Source: Trichoplax sp. H2
Lineage: Eukaryota
Length of the DNA: 64,000 nucleotides
Assembly: GCA_003344405.1 (NCBI GenBank)
Contig: NOWV01000003.1
Span: 434,001 to 498,000 of the forward strand
Direction of reading: 5' to 3'
Of this stretch, positions 44,718 to 58,200 are shown piece by piece. The position numbers and the translations under genes are program-made. The stretch's first letter is position 1. Each line of letters opens with the position of its first letter. The notes below the pieces were generated by a model, which saw only the letters and a program-made list of their open reading frames with translations, was not told the origin of the DNA and did no database searches.

Positions 44718-47700
44718 ATGAAACGGAGAAAGACAATAAAGGGGCAGCAAGCTAATAAAGAATCTTCGCCTGCATCACCTTCCGTGAAGATTAAGAAAAG
44801 CAGCGATGAAGTTATAAAAGCTGACGACGAAGCTCGAGAGAACAAGGATGACGATGAATTAATTTTGCAGGATCTAATCGACGATCCTTCAGTATTTATT
44901 GATAAATTTAATCAACATTGCGAAGACATCAAACGATCTATGCAGGCAATAAAGAAAGTAAAGCTATACTCGGCTGAGAATTCTGTAAGTTCATGGTAGT
45001 ATTTTATCGATAAAGGCTCAAAATCGTAAATACGAATTCATACACGTGTTTGCCTTTCGCTCCGTCCCTATTTAATATACAGTACAGTAGGTCAAACGAG
45101 TAATAATTATAATTATAAGTATTGTAAGTCAAATTTTTAATTTATTTACAATCTTATCGCAGAACACTGAAGTCAAGGAGGGATGATTACTGTCGTATTT
45201 AAAATTAATATTAACCATGAAAATGTAAACACTAGAAATGAGCTTGCGTTACAACGGAAGAAGCATCATTTTACTCTTACTTGCATAGAAACTATTACCG
45301 TAGTTTTCAGCTTATCATGTTACCAGATCGTCTTATTTGATGACTAAATCGCTGTTTGATACTAGACCAGAGAAGTTGCGAAAATAAAACCTCAAGCCTT
45401 AATGTCAATATTGTCCCTACGAGAAATTAATAGAATCTCTCAGATGTTATGCAAAAATGCTAAAGATTCTACGCAAGAGGTAAGAACATCTCGTCGAAAT
45501 TTAACGATCTGATCCATGAGCGATATGTAATCACTTATTTTATGTTCGCAAAGTCTTAGATTATTTATTACTATTTAATATGCATATCATATATCTTCGA
45601 TAATTATTATCACCAATAGGCCAAGCAAAAATGCGAATCAGTCCAACTGCAATTGGAGAATTTACTATATGAGATTGTTCATTTAAAAGAAGAAATCTCT
45701 AAATGTGGACAATTTAAGTAAATGTTCTTCTCTTATTGTTAATACAACTTTTCTTATCATTAGTAGTCAGTACTTTGCAAACAATTTCATTTCACTTAGG
45801 CCGTGTGGCGATGATATAACATTGCTCGAAGTAGAAGAATTTTATCGAGTAGCTCCTGAAAATATATCTTTACCGGTTAGTACGAGTATTACATTGATCT
45901 ATTTCGAATATCTATTAAAGCTAGTTTGAAGTTGTTTAGACTTACGTACTTAGATATTATTTTTATGCTATATTTAAGAATAGTGTTACGAACTGTAAAA
46001 TATATACGTGTGGTATTATAAAATTATTGACATGAGCAATCTGCCAATGAAATAAAGATACACTTATGGTCTCCGTTACTTTCAATTTCGTAGGAAAGAA
46101 CCCGTCATGATCCGCATCAATTGAAGTTGGCACAGTTACAGTGGGAGTTGCAAGAACGTGAAAAGTAAGCGTCAAGTTGTCAATGCTAGCTGCATTTTAA
46201 AAATGCGATAATAAATTTTAGTTGTCATACTGTAGCAAGTATAGAGTGACATTCTTAATTATTCTGTTACTTGATTTGTACTTCATCTTTTATTGGTTAT
46301 TACTAGATTAGCTGAGAAATGTAGGCTAGCAAAAGAGGAAAAAGATAGATTGATCAAACGAATCGAAGATAAACGGAAACGAATCAGGAATTTAAATCCC
46401 TTGTTAGATAGTGTGCTTACGGTAATTTTTATATACAGCCTTTAGTTGTATTTATATCTTAATTGTACAACGTAGACAAGCATTTACAATTTAACCTTTC
46501 ATTATAGCGTTACTTATTCCGTTTGCATTTACGTAATATTTTTACTTTGTAAGAGGATATCAAGTTGTAGTTATATCTTACCCACCTTTCTAACTTTAAT
46601 TTGTTTAAACACTATTAGACCTAGCAGTTTAATAATTATAACATTGCTATAAAAATGATTAATTTGATTCTTATTCACAACTCACAAGGCTACACGGCCG
46701 TTACAAGACTATCTATCTTTAAGCATTAGTCAGGTAGACAGTTCTTCCTCTGCACGATATTTACCTAGGTAAAGCGCTGAATAAATAGTATACTTTTACT
46801 GATAGTTGATGCTAATTGAAAATCAATTTTTTATGTTAGTACTAGGGTTTAAGATCCTATAAACTAAGCTACTAATTTTTTATGTAGACCATTATACTTC
46901 TTATTTGTACAAGCCAACGCATATCAGGAAGCAAATGGTAAGCAAAACTTACTGCTGTTATAGCATAAGAGTTCAATGCACGTCATAGCAAATTACTACG
47001 CTGTTGTATTAAAATAATTTTTTGCTCCTCCTCCTATATCTTTCTATTACCAAACACGTACCAAATACTAACCTATCATGCATGCCTGCTTCCATGCTAG
47101 TATTCTTTCAACACTTGCGTGTCAGTGAAGCATGCTACATTAATCATACTCAACAGCCAACATCAATAAGGGTCTTAGCACTTTGTTGATAGGTTATTGA
47201 TATCGGTTTTGGCTGTACATTTATTAACTCCTTTTGAATTTATTAATCTGGACCCGTTTCTGACTTTGGTTCGATAATAGACTCTGATATAGGTGTAACT
47301 ATTACTGGTGATCTACACAAGGCAAAACAATTTGATCAAAATGTTGTCGAGGAATCTATTCGAAAAGCCTCCAGCTCTCAATCGGTAATAGCTTGTGATG
47401 TAATGTGGATAGTTCTATATAGCGTAAGATCTATAACTTAGATAATAATTACCAGGGACAGGGAAATAAGAAGAATCTGGAATTAAAGAACCTATTAACC
47501 CCACACCCATTAAGCGTTTCTCTTAGGTTAAAAGAGTCAGGTTGTTTGACGTCTTTCATCTCGAATTCCAACATTGGTTATTGTAGTATTAGTATCATTG
47601 ATTAACCTCTCTTTTTTACTATATCAGATGGAAATTCAATGGCTTTAAGTGTTTATTATTATCCAATCTTAAATATTTGCGCTGTAAAAGGGGTGAAAAT

Positions 47701-50059
47701 TGAAGTGTCATTTAAATTACCAGATGTCTCTAGCGTAAGGTTAGATCAACTAAATAATAATTTTCCTTAATGTAACTGAACAGTATGGTAATATTTTTAA
47801 TGACCTCTCCAGGCAAACAATTGAAGATTCAAGTCTACTATCTTGCCTCTTTCCGGGTGATACTGGTAAAGATACACCGAATGCTACTAATCATCAGCAA
47901 TTGCAAAGCCTAGGGTACCTCGTGGTCATATATATAATTTACTTTGTCAACTATTACTTTGTTCAAATTTATAAGGACTATGTGCACTGTTATTGATAGA
48001 TTGCCGAGTTTCAATCAATTTGTGAAGGAAATTGGTAATCCTTACATATGGGCTCAGTCAATTACGGGATTGCAATTTTTTTCGCTAGAAAAAGAGGTTA
48101 CTTTTTCCCAAAATCTAATAATTAAAACTGTTTTCAAAGTATAGGCGACATCCTTCAGATGGAAAATTCTAATTGCTGCTATACCTTTAATGCCAGCATC
48201 CTTATATCGTTAAAAATAGTAGCAGTGTACCTCTAATAATAATTTCGACCATTACTGGTCTAATAACTTATCTCAGTTATTGACCTAGTATTCCTAAAAT
48301 TGCTACTATTCGAGATGTTTGTTATATTGAATTTCAGCTTCAATCATCTCCTTTGTAATTACCGGGTATTTTGTTTAATATAGCTTTTAGTAATATGTAT
48401 ATGCAATTATTTTACAAGCTTCACTTTCATTATTTACTTTATATTCAGTAGACAGATTAACTGATAGATGCACATCGGTGCGTTTTGATACGACTGGAAT
48501 GCTACAAATTTACTATCAAAACTCTAAATTAGAAAATTTGACTTGAATTATTTCTTAGATTCGCTAGAAAAATCGGATACTTTTATATCGATATTAAGAA
48601 CATGTGTATTTGTTTCTACTTCAACTGTTTAGTATTTGAGAATAGATTAACAGTAATTCTTTATATTATTGTGCAACATTACCGTAGTGGTGTTAGAGTT
48701 ATAATGATATCTGGAATTATCCATCAATAAAACAGCGCCAAATTAAGTAAAAGTAGATACACACGTAATAGATATGATATAGGAATACTGTGTATTTTCT
48801 AAATATCCATAATAATCACTGAGCTATTCATCACTCAGGAATTGCCGATGGAACCTGCTGGTGCAGATTTATTGCCGAATGTGGTAAATGCTATTTTGGC
48901 TAGAACGAAATCGAAAGCCAGCTTACTTAAGCAACTGATTGCTTTAGGTCTGTTGTATTATATATATATAATTATTAATATAGTAGAAGTATTGTCATTG
49001 CGACAAGATAATAACTGAACTATAAAAGCAATTGTTAGAAAGCACTAATGTCGTACAAAGATTTATTTCTTTATTACTTTTTCTTAACAGAAAACTTGCA
49101 GATGTTTCCTACAAACTCAGATGGAAAACTATTTCCTATTCATACTTATTCGCAGATCAAAGAATTTAAAGTCGGCACCGACGTAAATATCGAGGTATTG
49201 CAAACATACATATTATTAATGAGGGCGTTGTTTTTGTAGTAATTTTTTGTGTAAAGAATGTCACCTTTCATTGTATACTTTTCAAAAATATAATTTGTAG
49301 TCTATGAAGAAGATGTCTGCCATATTAAATAAAAAATTGCAAAGTGGTAACACTACTGCAGTATCTATTAAGTTTTCGTACCGCCGAGGTATATTGGGCC
49401 AAATATTGGAAATTAAAAAATTCGCTACAATGAATTGATTTCTTGATGAGCTATATCTAGGATTTAATGCTTCAATAATATAATATTTCTGTAGTAAAGC
49501 TATATGCTGTCGTTCTGCTGGAACCTGATTATCCAGTTCACCCACCGTTGACTAATATTACAATTTCCAGTGATCAAAGGGAATTGACCGCTAATATCAA
49601 CGCAGATATTAAGGTGAAATTAGAGGAACATGCTTTTATTTCTTAAAGATTGTATCTATCGACGTTTAGCGATTGATCGCGTAGCTTTTGCGATAAATTT
49701 TATCTCTTATTAGTGCATCGAAGCGGAAATCAACGTCTTTTATCAAGAATTGCTGGAATATGATTCTGCTGATTTCATGCTGACTAATATCCTAAAGCGC
49801 TTACAAGTAAGAAATAAATTATCTGTAAATTTATCGTTAACAGATTTTAAATTTGATATTGAGTTTTTTACCTCGTTTTATTGTGCAGGTTTGTTTTGAA
49901 ATTTGTATTGAATCAAGATTAAAAGAACTACGCGATAAGCCTGTTACAGATTTGCCTCAGCGAATGATTCTTCAGTCATGTAGAGGTCGTGACCGAGTTA
50001 AACCGTATAAATACCTCGAGAATCCTGGTTGTTTTACGACTAGGTCAACAGCTTTATAG
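44718..50059 (+). CDS. THOC5: THO complex subunit 5
   Basis: Exons encode [95 protein letters not shown] and a C-terminal [10 protein letters not shown], all matching recalled THOC5 motifs. Confidence 0.92.
47078..47222 (+). ncRNA. Candidate intronic box H/ACA snoRNA (predicted guide for a conserved 28S rRNA uridine)
   Basis: Hairpin 1 (GCATGC 47080-85/47130-35, with an internal pocket), H box ACATTA 47137-42, hairpin 2 (ACAGCCAA 47153-60/TTGGCTGT 47209-16; ATCAATAA/TTATTGAT), ACA 47217-19. It is ~145 nt, sense within a THOC5 intron. Confidence 0.8.
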
Positions 50060-52222
50060 CATTGTACTTTATAAATTATATTGGTTAATATAAACTATCT
50101 TTTGTTGATAATACAATTTAACATTATGACTCCTTGGGTGCAAGTGCCACGAGGCTTTCTGTATAAAGAACTATTACTAGTGTCGATTCTTACTATTGAA
50201 TCCTTAATAGCAATTTTAGCTGCTTATCAGCATAACACGCTAGTCTTCCCGGAAGTTTATAATACAATGCGTAAAATTTAAACTGTGTTAATAAATATAA
50301 ATTAAGAAAACGTTATTATATAAAGTTAAAATTTGATCTATAGTATATTTTATCCCGTGAAATGTCTCAATTATCACTTTCTTGTTATGCATAGTTTGAA
50401 TCATACCTACGGTAGTGACTTACTACAGCACTCTATCGCTGTTCTTTTTCCGTAGCCGTCCATAAGCCTCCGGATTCCGAGAATTTGGACGTTTATTGCG
50501 TTTATTGCGCGTCCTACTGGAGTGCGAAGTAGTGACATGAACAACTGTATAGGTTATAGTGTTTTCTGTATGCAGCTTGAATACTGCAAAAGTTTCAGTG
50601 ATGTCTCGCTACAGTGTTAGCCTGTAACTGCAGCTGCATTATTGTGCTATACAAAAACAATAATATCGGAGTTGATATTGCTCTTCCTAACGAGGAGAAA
50701 TTCTTACGCAGTGCTGAAGGCAGTTACTTCAGTTATGAGCACAAGACTATAGTTTATTTGTAGTTACGCATAAAAGAATACTGGCAAGAGACAAGAAGTT
50801 GTCTAAGTAATCAAACTTAACATAAAGATGTATAACAACGACATAAAAAATGATCACTTCTGCTTTTATCCACATTATAAATTAAAAATGACGTACTGCA
50901 TACTTATTCTGTAAACTGTAACTGTAACTAAATTACAATTACGAACAATAGTAACGAAGGAATCAACTAAAAGTATTGCCTTATAATCTTCAATAGTAAA
51001 CCACTAACTCATACTCGACGTAATCAATGCGTAGCATCGTATAGAAGTTCCATATCAATGTAAATTCCGCATAATTAAATCACGAAATTGTCTGCCTTAA
51101 AAAATCATAAACCTTTTGCAAAAGCTCTACGTGTTAATTCTATTGTAACTGGCTGCTATCTGTGTAGCAGGTATTCAAATTATTGAAATTAATTTCAATT
51201 CTAGCACGAAAATAATATACTATACATATTAACTATACATCATTAATTAGACAGAATAACTTTATTACTCAAATTTAATAAGAACTGATATCGTATCTGT
51301 TCGCTATGAGATTCACATTCGACAAAAAAATTAAAATGTTGAACGTAATAATACATTGTGATTAAATTTATTGATAATCTGCTTATCGATAAGAGTAACA
51401 GCTATCAAATCCAAATTAAGATCTGAGGCGATCATAATTAATTGCGTAAGACTGATATCCGATTTAGGGAACCTTATGAGATTATGACCAGCATCAATTT
51501 TAGCACATACAGCATTTACTTGAAAGCTACTTCGCATGATCATTTTTTATAAGAAATATTTACATATATCATGATTTTAAAGATAAGAGTATCTTATTTT
51601 GCACGTACTAATACTGTGAATTAATATTTACGTTCCTTCATTATGCTTAAAGGTAAAATATATCTACATGTATTGGCAATCAATCAGGCTGCAATCTATC
51701 TTAAGTATTAATACTGATTTTTATCTCTGAGCGAAATCAATGCTAATCATCAAGAAATTAACATAAGTAGGTAGCTACAAAGAGTACACTTTATCAAAAA
51801 TATACAATGTACAAGAAATTGTAAAATATTTTTAGAGACAAATTTATAGATAACAGTAATATATTTTACAATAATAATAATACCAGTCGGTTCAGACGGA
51901 GGTATGAACAACTACAGAAGAACTAATTTAGGTATGGAAGCTAGAATATAATGAGATCTCTTACTGCTAAGTCAGTATAAGGAAAGCAGGAGTTCAGAAT
52001 TCATATCGTACTAGAGAGATGTAATGCGATAATAGATACCATAAACATATAGCATTGTATCTAAATTACTTATTAGAGATTCGAAATGTGTTTAAGATTT
52101 CAATTTGTGAATGCACATATTATATGATAATCTTATTATTGATTATGCAAATCAAAGTTAATGTGATTTCTAGAGATAAAAATACGAAGATTTAATTCTT
52201 TACGTTGATGTTAAAAAATTTT

Positions 52223-55200
52223 TCAAAGTCTTGAACTTTGTAATCTATTAATACTTTCCAATAATTGTGGCGCTTCTTCACATATTACAGAAAGGATATT
52301 GTTAACATAAACTTGTAAAAACTCCTTTTCTCTTTCCTTTCTTTGCAAATCTTTAATTAATTCATTCTAACAGTTGTAAAAAGACAATTTGGTAATTAAT
52401 TATAATAGATCGGTATTACTAATAGCATTATCTGAATCGAAAAAACTTAACATAATGCAAAAATTACCTTATTTTTATCGTTTAACGATGTATGATTAGC
52501 TGCATCATCTGAATTGGAAAAAAGAAGGCATACTAATATGAAATAGCTAATATACATACCAATGTATACCTAATATCTATAAATAGTTACCTTGAACTTG
52601 AATGCCTTGCAAGCGTTCTGTTATATCATTGCCCGTCGCATATTTTTGTAATAATCGCAATGCTCTATCACGTTCACCAGTTAGAGTTGTTAATTGATCG
52701 CCCTGAATAATATTTAGAATTGAAGAATCCCAAGAATATAATTTAAATAACACATTTATCTATTATTCTTGTGTTCTAATAAATGTTTTAGTAGAATTGT
52801 AAAGGGGCCGTATACGAGTATTAACATACAAAAAGTCTTATAGATCTGCAAACTAAGGGCGATCTATTACGGTCATGCTTGTACAATTACTGCGATATGA
52901 TCGAATCAAATATTAACATAAAATATTCTGGAATCTAATTTCTATAACGTTAGCTACTTAATAAGAGATGATTTCACCTTGAATAAATAGTGTAAGCCAA
53001 TATTAGCTTTTTGCTCTGGAATTTAAATTTTTAATAAAAGGGGTTGTAATAGCTAAGATTTATAACCATTGCATCATTCAAGGCATACCGAAAATTTTAT
53101 TACAATGTAAGATTAACCTGTATCTGAAATTAGCTGCGAAATTTTAGAACTATAGAAGCAAGTAGTATTTTATGACTCCGATAAAGAATATGGTAAGAAA
53201 AATAAGGGGTGCTAGGTTACTTATAAAATTAGAGCACTTAAGGAAAGTTATATAGCAAATTAGCGTAATATTTAATTTGGGATTAATACAGTCGAGAAAA
53301 GGTACATTATAAGAGTAAATTAAATAAGATAATGCTACTGTCAGGATCGATTAATCATGGCTTTAACCAACTGATGAGATTATATTCAATATATTTAACG
53401 TTAAGAACTTGCTAGATTTTCAATGCTAGGCATACNNNNNNNNNNNNNNNNNNNNAACATTATGATCTTATATAGAAGATGCCTAGTATAGTAATATCCT
53501 AATATACGAATACTTATCATATACCGTTTAAGTACTGTATTGTATTACATTCATAATGTACGACATCATGACTACATATAGACGACATGCTATACATATA
53601 AAGACATTATCTCAATCCCATCTAAAACCTATAAATACCCTTGTACGCTAACTCGTTAGTCAGTTCCTACATTCCTGCTATCTCAAATACCTTATCTATA
53701 ACAACCATATCATTGTTAGCCTGTAACTTGTATCTCAATAAAATCCTTTATACCTTCTATCATCGTCTACCTTAAAATACTTTACGCTACTTAAAGAAGA
53801 TATCATTACACTAGGTTACTTATAAAATTAGAGCTCTTAAGGAAAGTTATATAGCAAATTAGCGTAAAATTTAATTTGGGATTAATACAGTCAAGAAAAG
53901 GTACATTATAAGAGTAAATTAAATAAGATCATGCTACTGTCAGGATCGATTAATCATGGCTTTAACCAACTGATGAGATTATATTCAATATATTTAACGT
54001 TAAGAACTTGCTAGATTTTCAATGCTAGGCATACAATGGCTATGAAATGAGTACTTATGACCCAGCAGGGATAAATTTTTTCGTTGCTAATAATTTAGTA
54101 TCCAGAAGAATAGATGATAATAACAGTAAGTTGCATTAAACAAGGAATAAAATTACCTTAGACTTGTTACTATTTTGCAGTTGCTGAATTTCTTTATCCT
54201 TTAGTGCTATGACAGCTTTTAATTTATCAATTTGTCCCTAAAAATTATAATATAATTTTAAAGAAACGATTCATGTACATAAATCTAATTATCTTAACAA
54301 TCTTCATAAACAACGATTTAAAAGTATTATATACCATAAAGATCAAAATATCATGACTATTGTAGCTCAATTTTCTTCACCTGTTTGTCGTCTAATTCTT
54401 GAGAATGAATTTGCTGAGCATTTTCTAAATCGACCTTAGCGTTGGTACTTATTATACTATTTTCTATTGCCAACGCAGCTCTTTTTTGCAAAGCGGTAAC
54501 TATGTTTCTTAGCTGATTGATCTAAATGAAGGGTAGACCTTATTCAGTTTCAAAATAATTTTGTTTTATTTCGAAATTAAAATATGCTGACCAACCTCTG
54601 CTAAAAGTTTTTCCAGTGTTGGGGAATCATTCATTTCTTTTTGTAGTTTTTGGATAAAAGCGATATTACTTTGATTAACAGGGATCGTGATTGGCTAAAT
54701 TCGAAAGAATTATTTCTAAAATTAATAGCAGTCAGCTTTATAATCATACTGTAATTCCTTAAAAATTTTTCAATTAGATGAGGAATAGTAACTACTAAAT
54801 TTTTCAAAGTTTACTAAACAGAATAGTATAGCCTTACCCTTTCTTGACTATTTGTAGGCGGATAATCATTATTTTTACTGCAAATAATAAAAAACGATAA
54901 AGCAATCATGATACTTATGTAAATATTCTCTGTACAAACCTTAATATCAACTCCACATCTTCCCCACTTGAAGACAAACTAGAAGAAGTGCTACGTAGTT
55001 TAGACCTCTTCAAGAGCAAAACTTGTACATTTTGATGATGAACGGCATGTAAGCATTCCTCTTCATCGAATATGCGATTTCCTAGAATAAAACAAATATT
55101 TTAATTATTAAAGTTTCATCTTCACTTCAATTTAAGCAATGCAAAAAATTTACCTCCATGAGTCAATTCGACTAAGCACCAGTCTTGTAGATTATCTATA

Positions 55201-58200
55201 TCTACTTTCCGAGATTTAAGTTGTTGCTGTATGATTTCTTTCGCTGTCGTAGAAGTTGATACTTCGTAAGTTGTTAACTGATCGCTTGGTTGATCATTCA
55301 ACATCATTTGCATCTAGTGATATTCACAAAACGTTTATAATTTACTTTATTCGCGCCATAGACATTATAGCATGTCTAATTTAATTACCAAAAATTTAAA
55401 ATTTATAGTGTGCTTAAAGTAGAATATAATTAAAAGGATACACTATCCTATCTATTTGAATCTACATGCATTTCAAAGATTTTGTTTGGTCATTGCGAAA
55501 TGTTAATCGTAATTGAACATATCTTTGACGTGAAACATCGTACCAATTAATCTTACTATAGGTAGAACTCTGAGATGTCATACTATTTTAATTACAATTA
55601 CCTTTATTATTTATTATATAATTTTTGTTTCGTTTGTTACCTGTATTTTAATTATAGGCAATTTGCGCTTTAATTCGAAGAATAACTTGGAATTTTTGGG
55701 CCATTTCATTTGTATAGGCAGAGGATAGTCGTCGAAGTTAAGTTCTACTGCTGGAACTATTCAATAAAGTAAATAAAAGGCTCAAGCTAAATCTGTAAAG
55801 AAATAACATGTACGCAGTTCTATTTCTATGTTCAATAAATATACGGAGTCGAATATATGATTACTGAACTAATAAAACCATAGAAAGAGGTTGCATGTAT
55901 ACGGTGCTACTAATTGTTATATATATTGAAACATACACTCTTGTTATGACCGTGTCCAACTGAAATATAATCGCTAGTACAATTCCACGTACTAATTGCA
56001 TTATTGATTTATAATTAACACAGCGATTTTGTTCTAGATTAAAACTTGTAAACTCTGTACTACAAAATTTTATATGGTATTAGTCAACCTTTCGGGCGCC
56101 TATAAATAAGAACGCCAAGTGGTCATGAATTTCAACAGAAAATATTAGTACTGATCACTTACTACATTAATAATTAGCAACATGTTTAAATCAAGCTTAT
56201 TACAGAAAAAATTATTACTCCTTTTTAAAAAGTTATCATACGTATACCAGAGAGAGCCTCTTGTTACTACTTTTATTATGTAAGAGTATATATTCAGTAA
56301 GGCTGGTTAGGCTTCATTTGTGACTACTAGTAGATAGATATCTTTTAATTCTAGTTACTAGTTAAACTACTTACCTGTTTGATCGAGTGATTCTTGCGAA
56401 ATATAGTAGGTTTTCGGATCAGTGTGAACTTCATATTTTTCCAGTAAGTTTTCAATAACTTGCAAGCAATTAATCTGTGGTGCTACTTTAAAACCTTTGT
56501 AGGAAGGTCCAGGGACAGATTGACCACGATGCAAAATACTTGCATCAATCCTAAGTAGGCCATTATCTTCTTCTTGGCTTTGACTACGTACTTTCTTTTT
56601 GTCATCATTAGAGCCTTTTGTACCAGGTTTAAATATCTTACTGATTCTAGTAGTGATCTTCTTTCTGTCACAATCCAAAGTTTGAAGTTACAGTTCTTAT
56701 TCGTAACGTTTCGAAACATGTAACTATTATTATTTCTATCAAAGTGTGCATGTGTGACGTATATTATAGGGTACAAACTATAGAGATATGAACGGAATTT
56801 GCAGATATGTTTAGTATACAGAATTATTTTTAATATAAACTAGCTACACCACACGTTCTACCAACGAATTATTCATCCCCTTAAAATCTACAGTGCTGTG
56901 CATTTAATACAGTCTAAATCTACTATTGCAATATTCATATTATATTTAGGACATTACTGAGTGAAATGAGAGTATACATAACATAATGTCTTTAGTAATA
57001 CTGTATTATCATAATATAGAATCATTACAAATATTGAAGGGCTTAGTGATAGAAGAAAATGTAGAGGGAGTGAAATTGTAGCTCAGCTGTTAGAATAGAA
57101 GAATTTGAATTGATAATGTATAGTAAATAACGTATGACGAAGTACCAAATAAACTGTGATCAATGTTAAATATTGTTTCACGTTTAACAGCAAAATGCTG
57201 ATAATATGAAGATGCTGTTTACTCAATTTAAGCAAGAAAATGATATAAATCTATTACTGACTTTTTATTCTTAGCTGATTTATCTTGTTTTTCTCCCAAA
57301 TTTTGTTGCATGTATAGTGGCAGATTTGCTCCAGAGCGGATTGGAGGAGACGAAGGTACACCGTGTGACGGAAGATCACTATCATTACCTGTTGAAAACG
57401 TCGAACTGTTTAATGTTGCTGAGTTGTCAGAAATTGTAGTAGCATTAACAATTTCTTGAACAGGTTGCGAACCAAATAAATTATTTTGATTTTCGATATT
57501 TTGTTGACTAGGGACAACTTTGGGCTCGAATTCACTTTGTGTTGGAATAGAATTGTAAGGTTGGATACCGCCACTTGTGGGGACTTGACCGATTTCAGCA
57601 TAAGGTGAAGACCCTCCGTTTTGGTGTTTTAGATCATCATTGCTTTCTAAAAATGGTGTTTGATTATTTTCGGCGGTGGTAACCGTTCCGTTTGAATAAT
57701 TTAAGATATTTTTATTATTGAAATCGATGTCAACATCGACACCATGACACCATGGAGGAGATTTCATAACTTCCAAGATTGCCAGGGCAAGTACTTTATC
57801 GGAACCATTAGAATTTTTTGCAATTTCTACGACAGCGAATAAGCAATTAAGTGCATATGATAAAAATGTAACGGAATAACAAGCATGTTTGTTGTGAATT
57901 TAACAAAAAGTGTTGCATACCTTTTAATGAGTTATGTAATTCTGAATTCTCCCGATCAGGTTTGTTATTCATAAAATAAATTTCAGTAGCTAGGGCTTCT
58001 CTACGTTCTTCCAGATTTAGCTCAGGATGCTCTGTTAATACCAGCAAAGAATTTATTCAATGTACATAACTATTATATGAAAATTAATAGGCGAGGCACA
58101 CTAATCATTCGATCATTATAATAAGTATTGACCACCTTTATAGTATCTAATGTAAAAAATCTTACCAAATAATTTAGAACCTAAATTTTGGATATCTTTA

